From Hormiphora californensis (lineage: Eukaryota > Animalia > Ctenophora): a stretch of 64,000 nt of DNA. The stretch covers positions 8,246,001-8,310,000 of the forward strand of contig CM035354.1 of the NCBI GenBank assembly GCA_020137815.1, given 5' to 3'. Each line of letters opens with the position of its first letter. Positions within the stretch are counted from its first letter, which is position 1. The notes below the pieces were generated by a model that saw only the letters and a program-made list of their open reading frames with translations, was not told the DNA's origin and ran no database searches. Shown here one piece after another: positions 1 through 11,242 of this stretch. A program made the translations under genes and the position numbers.

Positions 1-980
1 TCCAGATTCTCATATGTCTGACCAGCCACAGTCGTACTGGTGCTGCTACTTGCTGAGGGAGGGAGAACGGTTATAGACTTCAGAGCTTCGGTTGAAATTA
101 GGGAATTACCTATCGCTGAAGGTCGTGTGGAGCTGTTTCTAAGCTGTTGTTGCTTCTGTTGTTTTGAATCCTGCAACATGGATATCCTCATGTCCATCTC
201 TTTACCAAGCTGTTCAGCCTTCCTGCATCTAAACAGGAACTGACCCTGAGATGATGTTGTGTTGGTACTTGTTGTTGTCATGGGGATTGTTTCAAAATGT
301 AACAGAGATTTCAACTCATTTGGGAATTGAGCATGTTGTACTAAAGGTAAAATTTTACCAGCACATATCTTATACTTCATGGGAATCAGTGTTTGAGTAA
401 GAAATGTTCTAGGCGTGGCACAAGCAAACAAACGACAACACAGACAAAAAAGGGACAACTGACAATCTCTCCTACCTCTCCAGTTTTGGCACGTTTCCCT
501 GCGTGGATTGAGAAGATTTTCTTTTCTACTCCATACTTTCGAATGAATTGAAGTTCCCATTGGTAAAGAGGCTCGTGCTGAATAGAGGAGATAATTAATT
601 AATAGCCTAATTATTTGATTAGTTGATTGTGTGTTTGTTTACTAGTGTACTGTAATTTTCTATGAAATTATTTACCATCCACCCAGTTTTTACTGAAACA
701 TCACGTTACAAACTGTTAAATAGGCCAGGAGTGAGAAACAGCTTCCCTCTACTGCATACAACACTGCCCCCGCCCCCATCCCCTATTTTGTACACCTACA
801 TACAACCATACTTTGTACCTTTTTGTTTTCGTAAAACAATATCTCATTGTCCGTCAGAAGGAGGTTTCCTTTGTGGGTTGCCTTGGCAGTCTCCTTTGCC
901 CTAATGCTAGCCTTGTAGCTGTGGGGGGCTGGTTCTGTCTCAGCAAGAAGGGACTTTAACTTTTTCATGCATTGCCCCAT
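1..980 (-). CDS. FRS2/DOK-like IRS-type PTB-domain adaptor, 3'-partial (exons ~980-819, 577-476, 245-<1)
   Basis: The spliced translation MGQCMKK...LLLTDNEILFYENKK|HEPLYQWELQFIRKYGVEKKIFSIHAGKRAKTGE|GQFLFRCRKAEQL matches the IRS-PTB pattern (W.L..lR.YG....FSf.aGrr..TG.G.F.F.C..AE.L). It also has an MGxC N-terminus, a YENL motif at the window edge, and GT-AG phase-0 junctions. Confidence 0.8.
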
Positions 981-1205
981 AACAACATGCCACCGTGCTA
1001 TTCTACATGGGAGAGAGGGGAATGAGGTGCTATTCTACATGGGAGAGAGGGGAATGAGGTAGGGCTGGAGGAAATAGTAAAAGGGGCGTTGTGGGTATAG
1101 GTAGTAAGAAAAGGCGAGTTATGTGCACAAATAACACCTAAAATATGAGACAGATGACTAAAATAAACCCTCAAAAACGTGACGTCACAAAGAAAAGTAG
1201 TTACG

Positions 1206-2900
1206 TCACACAAAAGGTTCAAGACTCATCTCCAGAACCGAACAGGGTAGGGAAATATCGAAGTTTTCCAGCACCTCTGGATGCAGGATCCCCAGGTGAC
1301 CTATCTTCTCAGTCCCCAGAAGAATATCAGCGCCCCGACCCGTGAAAAACATGGATTCCTCACTCGCCCGAATCGAGTAATTCTTTTCACTTAGAGACAA
1401 CATGATCCTATCAAGCAGACCATGGACCACTTCAAATCCACTTGTTTTCCCACTGAATAGGGCACAGATCTTCCTCTGGTTCTTGGATCCAGTCTCAGTG
1501 TCCTCTGACTTGAAGACAACATCGCTCACCTCAAACAGCTTGAGGGGCAGGGGCATCTTCCTGTTGCAGCTGGCAGTCTTCAGGATCCCAGGGAGGAGTG
1601 AAGGTCCGGACAACTTGGAACTCATTACTTTTGGGATTGGCGATCTGAACCGCCTCCTCTAGGGCCTTCCCATTTCTGAGTGAGGTTGAGATGTCGTCCC
1701 TGGAGCAGAGGGAGAAGGTGAGGACCTCAGTGAACCCAGCCCTTGCCAGTTCCTCCCTAATTGCATCAGATAGCTTGTTTACCTCCTGCTCAACTCCAAT
1801 GGTGTGCAAGTTGGGAACCTGTTCCGTTATGTTATTGTACCCGTATGCTATCGCTAGATCCTCCTCCACGTCGCACTGGTGCAGAATGTCATGTCGGGTG
1901 GGTCCAATCTCTACTGTAACCTGCTCCCCCACTGCTTTGGAGGGTAGGAACATCTTGGTGAGATGGTCAGCCACAGAATCAGGAGTTAGTACCAGTGATA
2001 CCTCCCTTGGTACACAGCTGGGCAGCACTACACTCCATGGTCTGGTACTTCATAGGAGGGGTCAGGACACTACCACTGCTACTCTCTACTGTCACACTCT
2101 CACAGGTGAATGGGGCTTGAAGCAGTACTCACTGAACATTGAACAGATGGTGTCAGATAACAATTCTACACTTGGCCCTATCACAAGCAGTAACCTCAAT
2201 GAACACATTCTTAGGTATCCAGGGTGATCTTGCTGTGTTCTCCATTTATAATGGGAGGAAGGGAGAGGAACCACACCGTTAGCGTCAGTGATGAGCGGAT
2301 AGAGTGGTTTACCTTCAAGGATCTGAAGATATGGCTTGAGATAGGTTTGTCGAAACTTCTCAAACATCTCAGGAGCAGTCATCACGCTATCTTGGTTGAG
2401 AGGTTGGAAACTTGATCTGCTCCGGGGCGAAGTGCCTGGTAGGTGAACGGTCCCTGGATAGTGTCCAAGTCGTGTGTACCAATAGAGACAAGGGAGCGTT
2501 CCCGACCAATGTTTTGGTGAAGTTTATCCTGCAGGAGAATGAAACTGTTGTAAGATTCCTCGGTGAACTTCATATCACGCAGGACAGCAGCTACACAGTA
2601 TGGTCGAACACCAGAAACAGAGTCATCCACAATGAGTTTCTCTTGACCAGGTACTACGGTAAACTTAGGGACAACCATTCTGTCTCGGAACACATTCATC
2701 GCCCGAGACAACCCCTCAACACAAAGAAGATCATATCGGTTAGCTGGTATGTCGATTTTGAATTTCACCACATTATTCTCCTCCACGATATCATCTAACT
2801 CAATGCCAAAGTCGAAACATTCGTCCTCAAAATCATCATCTGTAAAAGTTTTTCCCAGCCGCTCGTACAGAATATCACGAGTTACAGATATCGTGGGCAT
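1206..2900 (-). CDS. FARSB: Phenylalanyl-tRNA synthetase beta subunit, apparently intronless, with several frameshifts in this assembly
   Basis: Motifs MPTISV, DIPANRYDLLCVEGL, LQDKLHQNIGRERSLVSIGTHDLD, TRHDILHQCDVEEDLAIAYGYNNI, PLKLFEVSDVV and GILHPEVLENF are spread across four overlapping ORFs. Confidence 0.95.
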
Positions 2901-3179
2901 GTCTAGGAATAGAATGAGCGTTAAAATTCAATAAAATTTGTGGCGTATATGTACGGTCTACCGACACAAACGATTGTAAGCTTGGTCTATCTGCAGAGTG
3001 CAGTCCCCTGTGTCAGTGGCCGTCAGGCCAGGGGACTGAAGCGCATCCCGTGCTCTTGAGTCTTGGCAAATACTACTGACCCTATTGGAAATGCGGGATA
3101 AGGCAGCGCTTTTCAGGCCGTGGCCCGTGCTCTTCTCAAACAACAAAAATGAAAAACTGTGTTTGTTTTTCATTTTTTT

Positions 3180-4000
3180 GCATCCTCCTGGCTAACTTCT
3201 CTCCCACTAGAATCTCTTAACTTCACTCTAAACCGACAGGAATGGTTCGACGCTATCTCGGCTAGGTACAATCTCCCCCTTGTTGGCGAACCTCTACCAG
3301 ATCAGTGTACATGCGGAGAAGCTAACAGTATCGATCATGCTATCTCCTGCAAAGTGCAAGCTTGGAGGATTTGTTAACTACAGGCACGACAACGTGAGAG
3401 ACTTTATTGCGAAAGAGCTTAGCACTGTCGGCCTCGATACCAAGGTCGAACCTCACCTTCTCAACGTTCGGGGGACGTCCCTTCCAGCTGGGACCATCAT
3501 AGCAGACGGGGCTCGCCTTGACATCAGAACCCGTGGACTCTGGTCAAGCTTAGACTGTACCTATTTTGACGTAAGGATTTTTAATCCAAGGGTAAAGTCT
3601 AATGCCAACCAGAGTATACAGAAGATCTATGAGAAGCATGGAACTGAGAAGAAGAAAGCTTATCTGCAACGAGTTCTCCAGGTTGAGAAGGCGGTGTTCA
3701 CTCCACTTGTCATGTCAACATCAGGCGGACTTGGTAGAGAATTTCAGAAAACACTGAAACAGTTGGCCCACCGAAAATCTTCCAAAACTGGATATGAGCG
3801 CCAGGACTGTATTCGGTATCTTAGACTGCGTTTATCATTTGCGATGGTTCGCTCAATAACTGTATCGATTAGGGGATATCGGGGCAGGGGCAAGGCGGCT
3901 GCAAGTGACGCTGATGAATATTTATATCGTATGGACTAATTCCACAATAATTTATTGATTCCATTGATTTCTACTGTATAATTTATTATATATTTTATTT
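3180..4000 (+). mobile_element. 5'-truncated RLE-type (CRE-like) non-LTR retrotransposon fragment
   Basis: Reads SSWLTSLPL...WFDAISARY, a CTC...H...C zinc knuckle, RHDNVRD, and a ARLDI...YFDV PD-(D/E)xK-type endonuclease. There is no RT domain. A 7-nt TGCAAAG duplication near 3348-3360 shifts the frame; the 3' end is AT-rich. Confidence 0.8.
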
Positions 4001-4013
4001 TAAGGCCGATATA

Positions 4014-4395
4014 AGGAACCATAATAAAGTTCAAGAGCGCACCCCATCCAAGAGCGTACCACCTCCAAAAGACACCACTCCAAGAGCGCACCACATCAAA
4101 GAGAGCTCCCCATCCAGAAGATACCGCGCGCAGGGGACACCACGCGCAGAAGAGACCGCACGCGCAAATACAACGCCGCGCTGGTCTCTTCTGCGCGTGG
4201 TGTCCCCTGCGCGTGGTATCTTCTGGATGGGGAGCTCTCTTTGATGTGGTGCGCTCTTGAAGTGGTGTCTTCTGGAGGTGGTGCGCTCTTGGATGTGGTC
4301 TCTTTTGGGTATGGTGCGCTCTCAGGTGTGGTCTCTCTTCGATAGGGTGCGCTCTTGGGTGCTCTTGGAGGCTCTTGAACTTTATTATGGTTCCT
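4014..4395. mobile_element. Foldback MITE with TA target duplication
   Basis: The TIR AGGAACCATAATAAAGTTCAAGAGC and its reverse complement are flanked by TA on both sides. Inverted symmetry continues to the centre (~4170), with internal AAGAGCGCACC subrepeats. Confidence 0.8.
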
Positions 4396-4935
4396 TATTG
4401 GCATTTGGCCGCCCCCCCCCTTTTTTCTGATTTTTTGGCGTTCACGTTTAGTGTGATATGAGTTGGCACGCGCTGCAAATCCCGCCGCGCCGCGCGCAAG
4501 GCCAAGCTCATTTAAAAAATTTAAAAAAAAGTAAAAAGCCAAATTTTAATTTTAAACTTTTTTTAAATTCATTTTGAGATCCTCCCTTCAGAGTTCAGTT
4601 TGACTTTTCTGTGTATCGGAGAAGGAGAAGAGGGTAAAAGGGAACTTAAAAAGTGTTTCCTAACCCATAGTACACTTCACAAGTTCGGGTTGCTATAATA
4701 TTTTAAAGTTCGCCTTTTGGAAACACTCGCAGTTTGGCATTTTCTTATTCCAACATGTCCTTTTCCTAAAATTTCCATCAGGCCAAGTATGAGAAATGTG
4801 TCATGAACAGATTGAACACTTAGTGGACAGTGCCTCCTGAACCAATTTTCAGTTTGAAGGAATCATTCGCGTCACTCGCTTTGTATTTTTGTGTCGTCCA
4901 ATAAACTGCAAATAACACACTTATTACTTCTTAGG

Positions 4936-6667
4936 ATGGAGCCACATAATCCCCTTGTCAAGGCGCTCCTTACGGACTTCTATCAAATCACGATGGCATA
5001 TGCTTATTGGAAATGTAATAAGCACAACGAACAGGCCTGTTTTGATCTATACTTTCGGAAGAATCCCTTTAAGGGGGAGTTTACAATTTTCTGTGGACTT
5101 GAAGAATGCGTCAGACACGTGTTGAACCTCAGCTTTTCTGCGGAAGATATAAATTATCTCAGAACTGTACTACCTCAAGATGTAGAGGAGGGATTTGTTG
5201 AGTATCTCTTGTCCATGGACTGTTCAGATGTTACCCTGACAGCCATTCCCGAAGGATCTGTTGTCTTCCCACGCGAACCCCTCATCATTGTAGAGGGACC
5301 CCTCGCTAAATTACAACTCTTGGAAACAACTCTCCTGAACTTGGTCAACTTTGCAAGTTTAGTTGCTACTAATGCTGCAAGATTCCGGTTGGTTGCCGGT
5401 AAGATGGATCTCTTAGAGTTTGGTTTGAGAAGAGCACAGGGCCCGGACGGTGGTATATCGGCTTCACGGTACTGTTACATTGGTGGTTTCGATGGTACAA
5501 GCAACGTTCTAGCTGCGAAGATGTTCAATATTCCTTGTAAAGGAACCAACGCTCACTCCTTCATCACCTCCTTCACCAGCCTATTAGAACTGGATAAGGT
5601 TGAGAAGTGTGTGAACGGGTCCAATACCACACTGGCTGAGTTCACTAGATCGTGTCTACAATACAAGGAACGAGTGTGCAAACTTCTTAAAGTTAATGCC
5701 GACCAAACCATTGAAGGTGAACTCGCCTCCTTCATTGCATACGCTCTAACCTTCCCTAAAGCGTTCCTCGTCCTGGTTGACTCGTACGATGTCTTCAACT
5801 CTGGGGTGCCAAATTTCATTGCAGTTGCTCTAGCTCTACAGGATCTCAAATTCACTGCACTGGGAGTTAGGATAGATAGCGGAGATCTGGCTTACCAATC
5901 TCTGGAGATCCGGAAGGCATTTGAGTTGATCTCCAACTCTATAGAAGGATGCGAGTTTCTCCCAAAGTGCACTATTGTTGGGAGTAATGATATTTGTGAA
6001 GAGACTATAGCTTCACTCAACCAACAGGGACACAGTCTAGATGCACTGGGTGTCGGGACACACTTGGTCACCTGCAAGAGCCAGCCAGCCCTGGGGTGTG
6101 TGTTTAAGTTAACCAAGGTTAACGGGGTTAACAGGATCAAACTGAGCGAGGACCCTGCCAAAACTACCATGCCTGGAAAAAAGGTAACTTGATCTGTGTC
6201 GCTGTTGTATAAATTCGCCTCAAATTGTCGTTAAATTGTTGTCATTCGCTGCCACACGTGATTAATTTACATCCTCCCCTAATACTCCCCACCCTCCCCA
6301 GGTCCTATACCGACTGTATGGTAGAGAGGGACACCCTCTTGCGGATCTAATCCAGGAGGAAGCAGAACCAACACCCACCGGCCGAGTGTTGTGTCGTCAC
6401 CCTATTAACGAGATTAAGAGAGTCTACATCAACCCTTCTGAGGTTCACCAGCTCCAGAAGGTGTACATAAGGAATGGGGAACTGGTTGAAGAGCTACCTA
6501 ATATCCGGGAAATAAAGGAAAGATGTGACAGGGAGATTGGGTCGATGAGAAAGGACCATATAAGGTTGTTGAACCCCACTCCTTATAAGGTGTCTGTTAG
6601 CGAGGAGATGTATAGTTTGATGCACAAGATGATTCTGGAGCACACACCTATCAGGGAGATGCAGTAG
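4936..6667 (+). CDS. NAPRT: Nicotinate phosphoribosyltransferase (exons 4936-6183, 6302-6667)
   Basis: Motifs LLTDFYQITMAYAYW, LEFGLRRAQGPDGG, GTSNV, VRIDSGDLAY, GVGTHLVTC and RLLNPTPYKVSVSE. The intron aag|GTAACT...CCCAG|gtc keeps frame (KK|VLYRLYG). Confidence 0.95.
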
Positions 6668-7419
6668 ATGATATCTGCCTTGTTCGACCCTCCCTCACCG
6701 TTACGAGTTACGAAGTTACCCCTTGTCAGCGTGCACGAAGGTCGCCCGGGGTTATTTCGTAACCGACTCTCACCGTGCCCCGAGGTTTGCACAAAACAAG
6801 ATAATATTGCAATGTCCAGAGGGAAAGAGAGATATTAGAGTTTTTGGAGTAGTAGTCTCGACCATCTCGATATTTGAACAGAACAAAATAATAGTAGTGG
6901 GTGATGTGGTATAGACTTTTTATTCCTTTACATTTTTACCTACAACACAGTATACTGATTGATATTCACGTTTTGGAAGATAAAAATTAAGATGTTTTAC
7001 CTTTTACAGATTTTTTAGTACCGGACCACTCACTATCTTGTAGAAAATCACCAACTAGATAAATATTGTTGATATTTTTATTAAAACGTGTACGTATAAT
7101 GTGTGTAAATAAATAAAAACAAGTATAATCGGATCATTTTCGGTCTTGGATAGTTTTTAGTCACTTTTGTGGACATAGTTGAAAGTAAAAGTGAACGAGA
7201 AGTGAGCGTTAAAGAGAATATATAAATCTTATTTCTAAGTGTAATATACATGCGTGATTCAAAGATTTTCCTGATGACATCTTGTGTGTTTGATCCCCAA
7301 ATGTCCCCCGCTTTCTCTTTCTCTTTCTCTATCTACCTCCCTCAACTCACAAGCCCCGCCCTGATATAATAACAAGCAACTCCCTCTCTCTGTGTAGTGA
7401 GTGTAATCAAAAGAATAAA

Positions 7420-10400
7420 ATGAGGTCTTTGGTATTGGCTGCTCTATGTATTTCTCTAGCGTTCGGTAAGTTTTTAAATAAAGCATCTCTCTTGGCTCAT
7501 TCTCAGCAAGTCTCGAAAACTTTCTCTAGAATTATTTTCTACTCGACCTTCCTCCGAATTCTGGAACATTTGAAGGAAGATCAAACAAAACCTAGTGCAT
7601 AGTAATAACAACTTCATGCCGCTAATAAAGCTCTAATGTTTTGCAGGCCAAAGCAACCAAGTGATTGGTATCTATACTCCCACTGGTGAGGGATGTTCTA
7701 TGATGTTTTACTCAGAAACATTCAACATTACTGTAGGGGGGACAACCATGGATTTCAACTCCCTCAATGCCACTAGTACATGCAGGTGGGTGTTGTTTGT
7801 TGTTAGTCGAGCGTGCGGCAGAGACGTGCAATGTGTTATATGGTGGCACTAGTGTTTTTATTTCCATCTACAGTGTATAGGTTGAAATAAAAACATATGC
7901 TAGAGAAACATTTGTATTCCTTGTAAACACTCGTGTTTAAATTTGTAATTCCAAAATATAGTCATAGTTGAAAGTACCAGAGAAAAAGTGAATTTTCCTC
8001 ACCCGAAACTTCCGGAAGCTTCCTGGCTCTGCCCAGTATCAAGGAAAATCTGACACCTCAATCTCTTACAGTGTGGGTGAGAAAGGACTGACCTATCTGC
8101 AACTTAGATTGGATGATAAACTGGGAGCCGACTACAGTGATGCAACTTTATTCTTTTCTTTCAGCAAAACTGACACTGGTATGTAACGGGTGACAACTAA
8201 AAATCTGGACAATTTTCTGTGAGCTCTAGCGCCGGCTCCGCTTGAGATACAGCTTCAGGCCAGTGATAGAACGATTTTTCAGACAATTTTGAATCAGAAT
8301 AACACAACGGAAAAAACTAAAAAGTTCATTGCGTTATCGCATCATTTCCTCTTGACCCACCAAAGCATGTGTACGGAGATTTGAGATTTCTGTGTGATCA
8401 GAAACGACCTTCCCGATGAGATAAAATTCTCAAATTTGAAATAATGGTTGTTCATGCCATAACCAACATAACTGCCAAGTTTCAACATTTTAGCTTATCA
8501 GGAAGTTGGTTTTCCACGTCATAAATGTTTCGAGAGATCGTCAAAATGGCGATTTCTCAAATTACCTGTAAACTACGCTTTGAAGGGTTTGTTACAGATG
8601 ATTCTGTGATTAGAATTGAGATTATCGGAGTGTGAAACAAAGTTAATTTCGTTCAAAATCGTCTCAAAAATCATTCTATCGCTTCCCCGAAGCTGTATCT
8701 TAAAAAGAACAGGCGCTAGAGGTGCTAGAAAAGTGTGTAAATTTCAAGTACTACATGCTTTGGTGGGTCAAGAGGAAATGATGCGATATCGCAATGAAAA
8801 TGAACTTTTTAGTTTTTCCCGTTGTGTTATTCTGATTCAAAATTGTCTGAAAAATCGTTCTATCACTGGCCTGAAGCTGTATCTCAAACGGGGCCGGCGC
8901 TGGAGCTCACAGAAAATTGTCCAGATTTTTAGTTGTCACCCGTTATCTTACTATATAATGCGAAAAGGGGTGAAACTTGATCCCCCCATGCATGTTTGGT
9001 GGTCCCTAAATCGTCGTCATCAAGATCAGATCACATCACCCAACATGCATGATTAGATCACCCCACTGAGGATCAGATCCCCCCACCCATGATAAAATCA
9101 TCCCATTGAGGATCAGATCACCCCACCCATGATCAGATCACCCCACTGAGGATCAGATCATCCCAGTGAGTATCAGATCCCACATTTCACCCAGTAGTCC
9201 ACTGTGCGTGATGAGATCCCCATATAGAGTAGAAAATTGTCGAAGACAGAGAGAGAAAGAGAGACACAGAGAGACAGACAGAGACAGAGAGAATGAGCGA
9301 CGGGCCCGGCCCTTTTCGGCCGAAGGCCGAATTACATTGACTAGTAATATACTAGGGGGGATCGAACCTTTACATCAACCATCTGATCTGTAAGAGATCG
9401 TGAGATATACTCCTATATTCTTAACTCCCTCCTTTTTATCAGGGTACTGGAACAGTGAGCAGGTTATGTTGAACTATACCGCTGCCAATGAAACTGAAAT
9501 CACTGCTGTAGCTGACTTCCTGGCGGTCTCTATCATTTCGCAGTGGTTCTCTTACGCCTGTTCTATTCTCACCGTAGTCTCACTATGTATGTAGAGACTA
9601 TATACTGGGTTGTCATACTACATCACTGTAATGTCGCGCCCAGTTCGGGGATCGGGAGGGTAGTCTATAATTGTGGGAGAAATAGTGGGTATCACGTGGT
9701 CTAAATACTGGGTATGAAAAGGTGACAGGTGTTTCTTTGTGCTTACTAAAAACCCCCACTATTCACCCTCCCTTCCTTTTCAGCGGACGATGTTTCCCTA
9801 CTGATGGACTACTACCAGATCCAGGCGTACAACGTCCAGAACACTACATTCTCTGAATCTTTCCAGTGTGTCGCCATCCTTAGGTGAGAGATGTGAAGAT
9901 ACTGGTACTTTAGATAATAGGGTACTATATTTAGATGAGTAGGGTGTACTTTATTTAAATATACATAGTATGGTGATTTATGTTATAGATGAGTAGCATG
10001 GTATTTTTTAATTCAGGTTGCTAGTTTGTGGTTTGAGTTGCACACTGTCACACTCTTCAAGTTGTGGTGTGAAGTTTCAAAAACTATAAAAAGTGTAGCA
10101 ATTAGTCAGAGTGCTATCTCTGCGGGACACAGCGAGCTATAAGTTCGTGGTGTAAATTGAAACCTCTTCATGGTTCTCTGTTCTACGTGCAGTCGAATAA
10201 ATTCTAAATATTCAAATCTAATAAACAGTACCTTAGTCGGGTGTTCCAGTCACACCTAGAAGAACTAAATTCCCTCTTTCAATGCAGTGATCCTTCTTTA
10301 GTCCGTACCTTATGTTTTCCAATTTCCATAACGTGTTCTAGAATAATAGCCTAGCCTATAGAATATAGGTGTCCCTGTAATAAGATGTAACCTCATTAAC

Positions 10401-10586
10401 CCGTGTGCCAGATGTCCCAGTAACCCCATTTCCCATTTCAGTAAGGGAGCCTGGATGGGAATCTTCTCGACGTCCTTCCTCTTCGTCATGTTGTTCTTCA
10501 GCATCATGATGTTGATTAACATCCAAACACCTGACCGATTTGAAACATCCAAATCAAAGTGCCTCATCATCCCTCACGAGCACTAA
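7420..10586 (+). CDS. ATP6AP1: V-ATPase accessory subunit Ac45/ATP6AP1-like, ~226 aa (exons 7420-7465, 7647-7785, 8072-8178, 9443-9586, 9784-9883, 10442-10586)
   Basis: Signal peptide MRSLVLAALCISLAF; luminal FSYACS and YQIQAYNV...FSESFQC; C-terminal GAWMGIF-TM-INIQTPDRFE matching the Ac45 tail. Exon phases are consistent, summing to 681 nt. Confidence 0.85.
8186..8943. mobile_element. MITE with long (~185 bp) TIRs and TA TSD in an ATP6AP1 intron
   Basis: ACGGGTGACAACTAAAAATCTGGACAATTTTCTG...CCACCAAAGCATG on the left is mirrored at ~8753-8943; TA flanks both ends. Confidence 0.9.
8946..9344 (+). mobile_element. Probable non-autonomous Helitron
   Basis: 5' end A|TCTTACTATATAAT; 3' hairpin TTCGGCC-GAA-GGCCGAA 9 nt before CTAG|T; no TSD; internal GATCAGATCACCCC tandem repeats (~9020-9220). 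Confidence 0.7.
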
Positions 10587-11242
10587 AATGCATTTCATTA
10601 TGATGTAATATGTGATGTGTGACGTCACGACTTGATGACGTCAGAGGATGATAAAAGGACAAGAGAGCGGGGTGTAGTAATTTAACTATTCTTCGTGTGT
10701 GTGTGTAAAACTACTGTGTTATGTTTGTAAATCTTGCGGGACAAGATCTGAACTAGCGACATTCAATTTGCGATAATATCTCTTTGGAAATTGTTTGAAT
10801 CATTCTGCGTTTATTTTTCTTACCAAATATAATTTTACTGTTTTCAACCAGAAACCTAACCCCTAATTCCCTTTTCTGGCTCCACTCCAAATAGTCCCTA
10901 TTTAGGCCTCTCATCTGTCATGAGTCCTCTTCTATTCGATTTAGCTTTAACTCTTCCCACACCTTCCCACACGAAGAAACGGTGCCGACAATTAGTTTGA
11001 ACCAATCTTATTTCCATCCCGGCCTTCTCTTGAGTTAGTCACTCAATTTCTTTGTATCGGCCCGCTCTATGACATTTCTTTCCGACCGAAGTTTCTCGAA
11101 AAATAGTTTTTGTCAGCCCTCATCTCAGTCCATTCCTGTATAATAGTTGTCCATCTAGTAGCCCCCCCTCCTTCTGTCCCCATCAGCCCTTCTCCACCTA
11201 CTAACCCTCCTTCTCTCCCCAGCTGCCTAGAGCAAGCTACTC

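Noticed and set aside
1206-2900. FARSB as a pseudogene or programmed-frameshift gene
   Set aside because: The gene is essential and the protein sequence is otherwise well conserved. Similar small indels at short homopolymers occur in FDPS, so consensus errors are more likely. Check against raw reads.
1402-2934. Plus-strand ORFs over FARSB (and similar antisense ORFs over NAPRT, FMO and TRPM)
   Set aside because: These are antisense shadows of real coding sequence.
2993-3134. Hammerhead or HDV ribozyme, snRNA or SL RNA gene
   Set aside because: No CUGAnGA/GAAA core, HDV pseudoknot or recognisable snRNA/SL sequence was found by eye. It is kept only as an unexplained motif.
4096-4542. 148-aa minus-strand ORF
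   Set aside because: It spans the foldback MITE subrepeats and has no recognisable domain.
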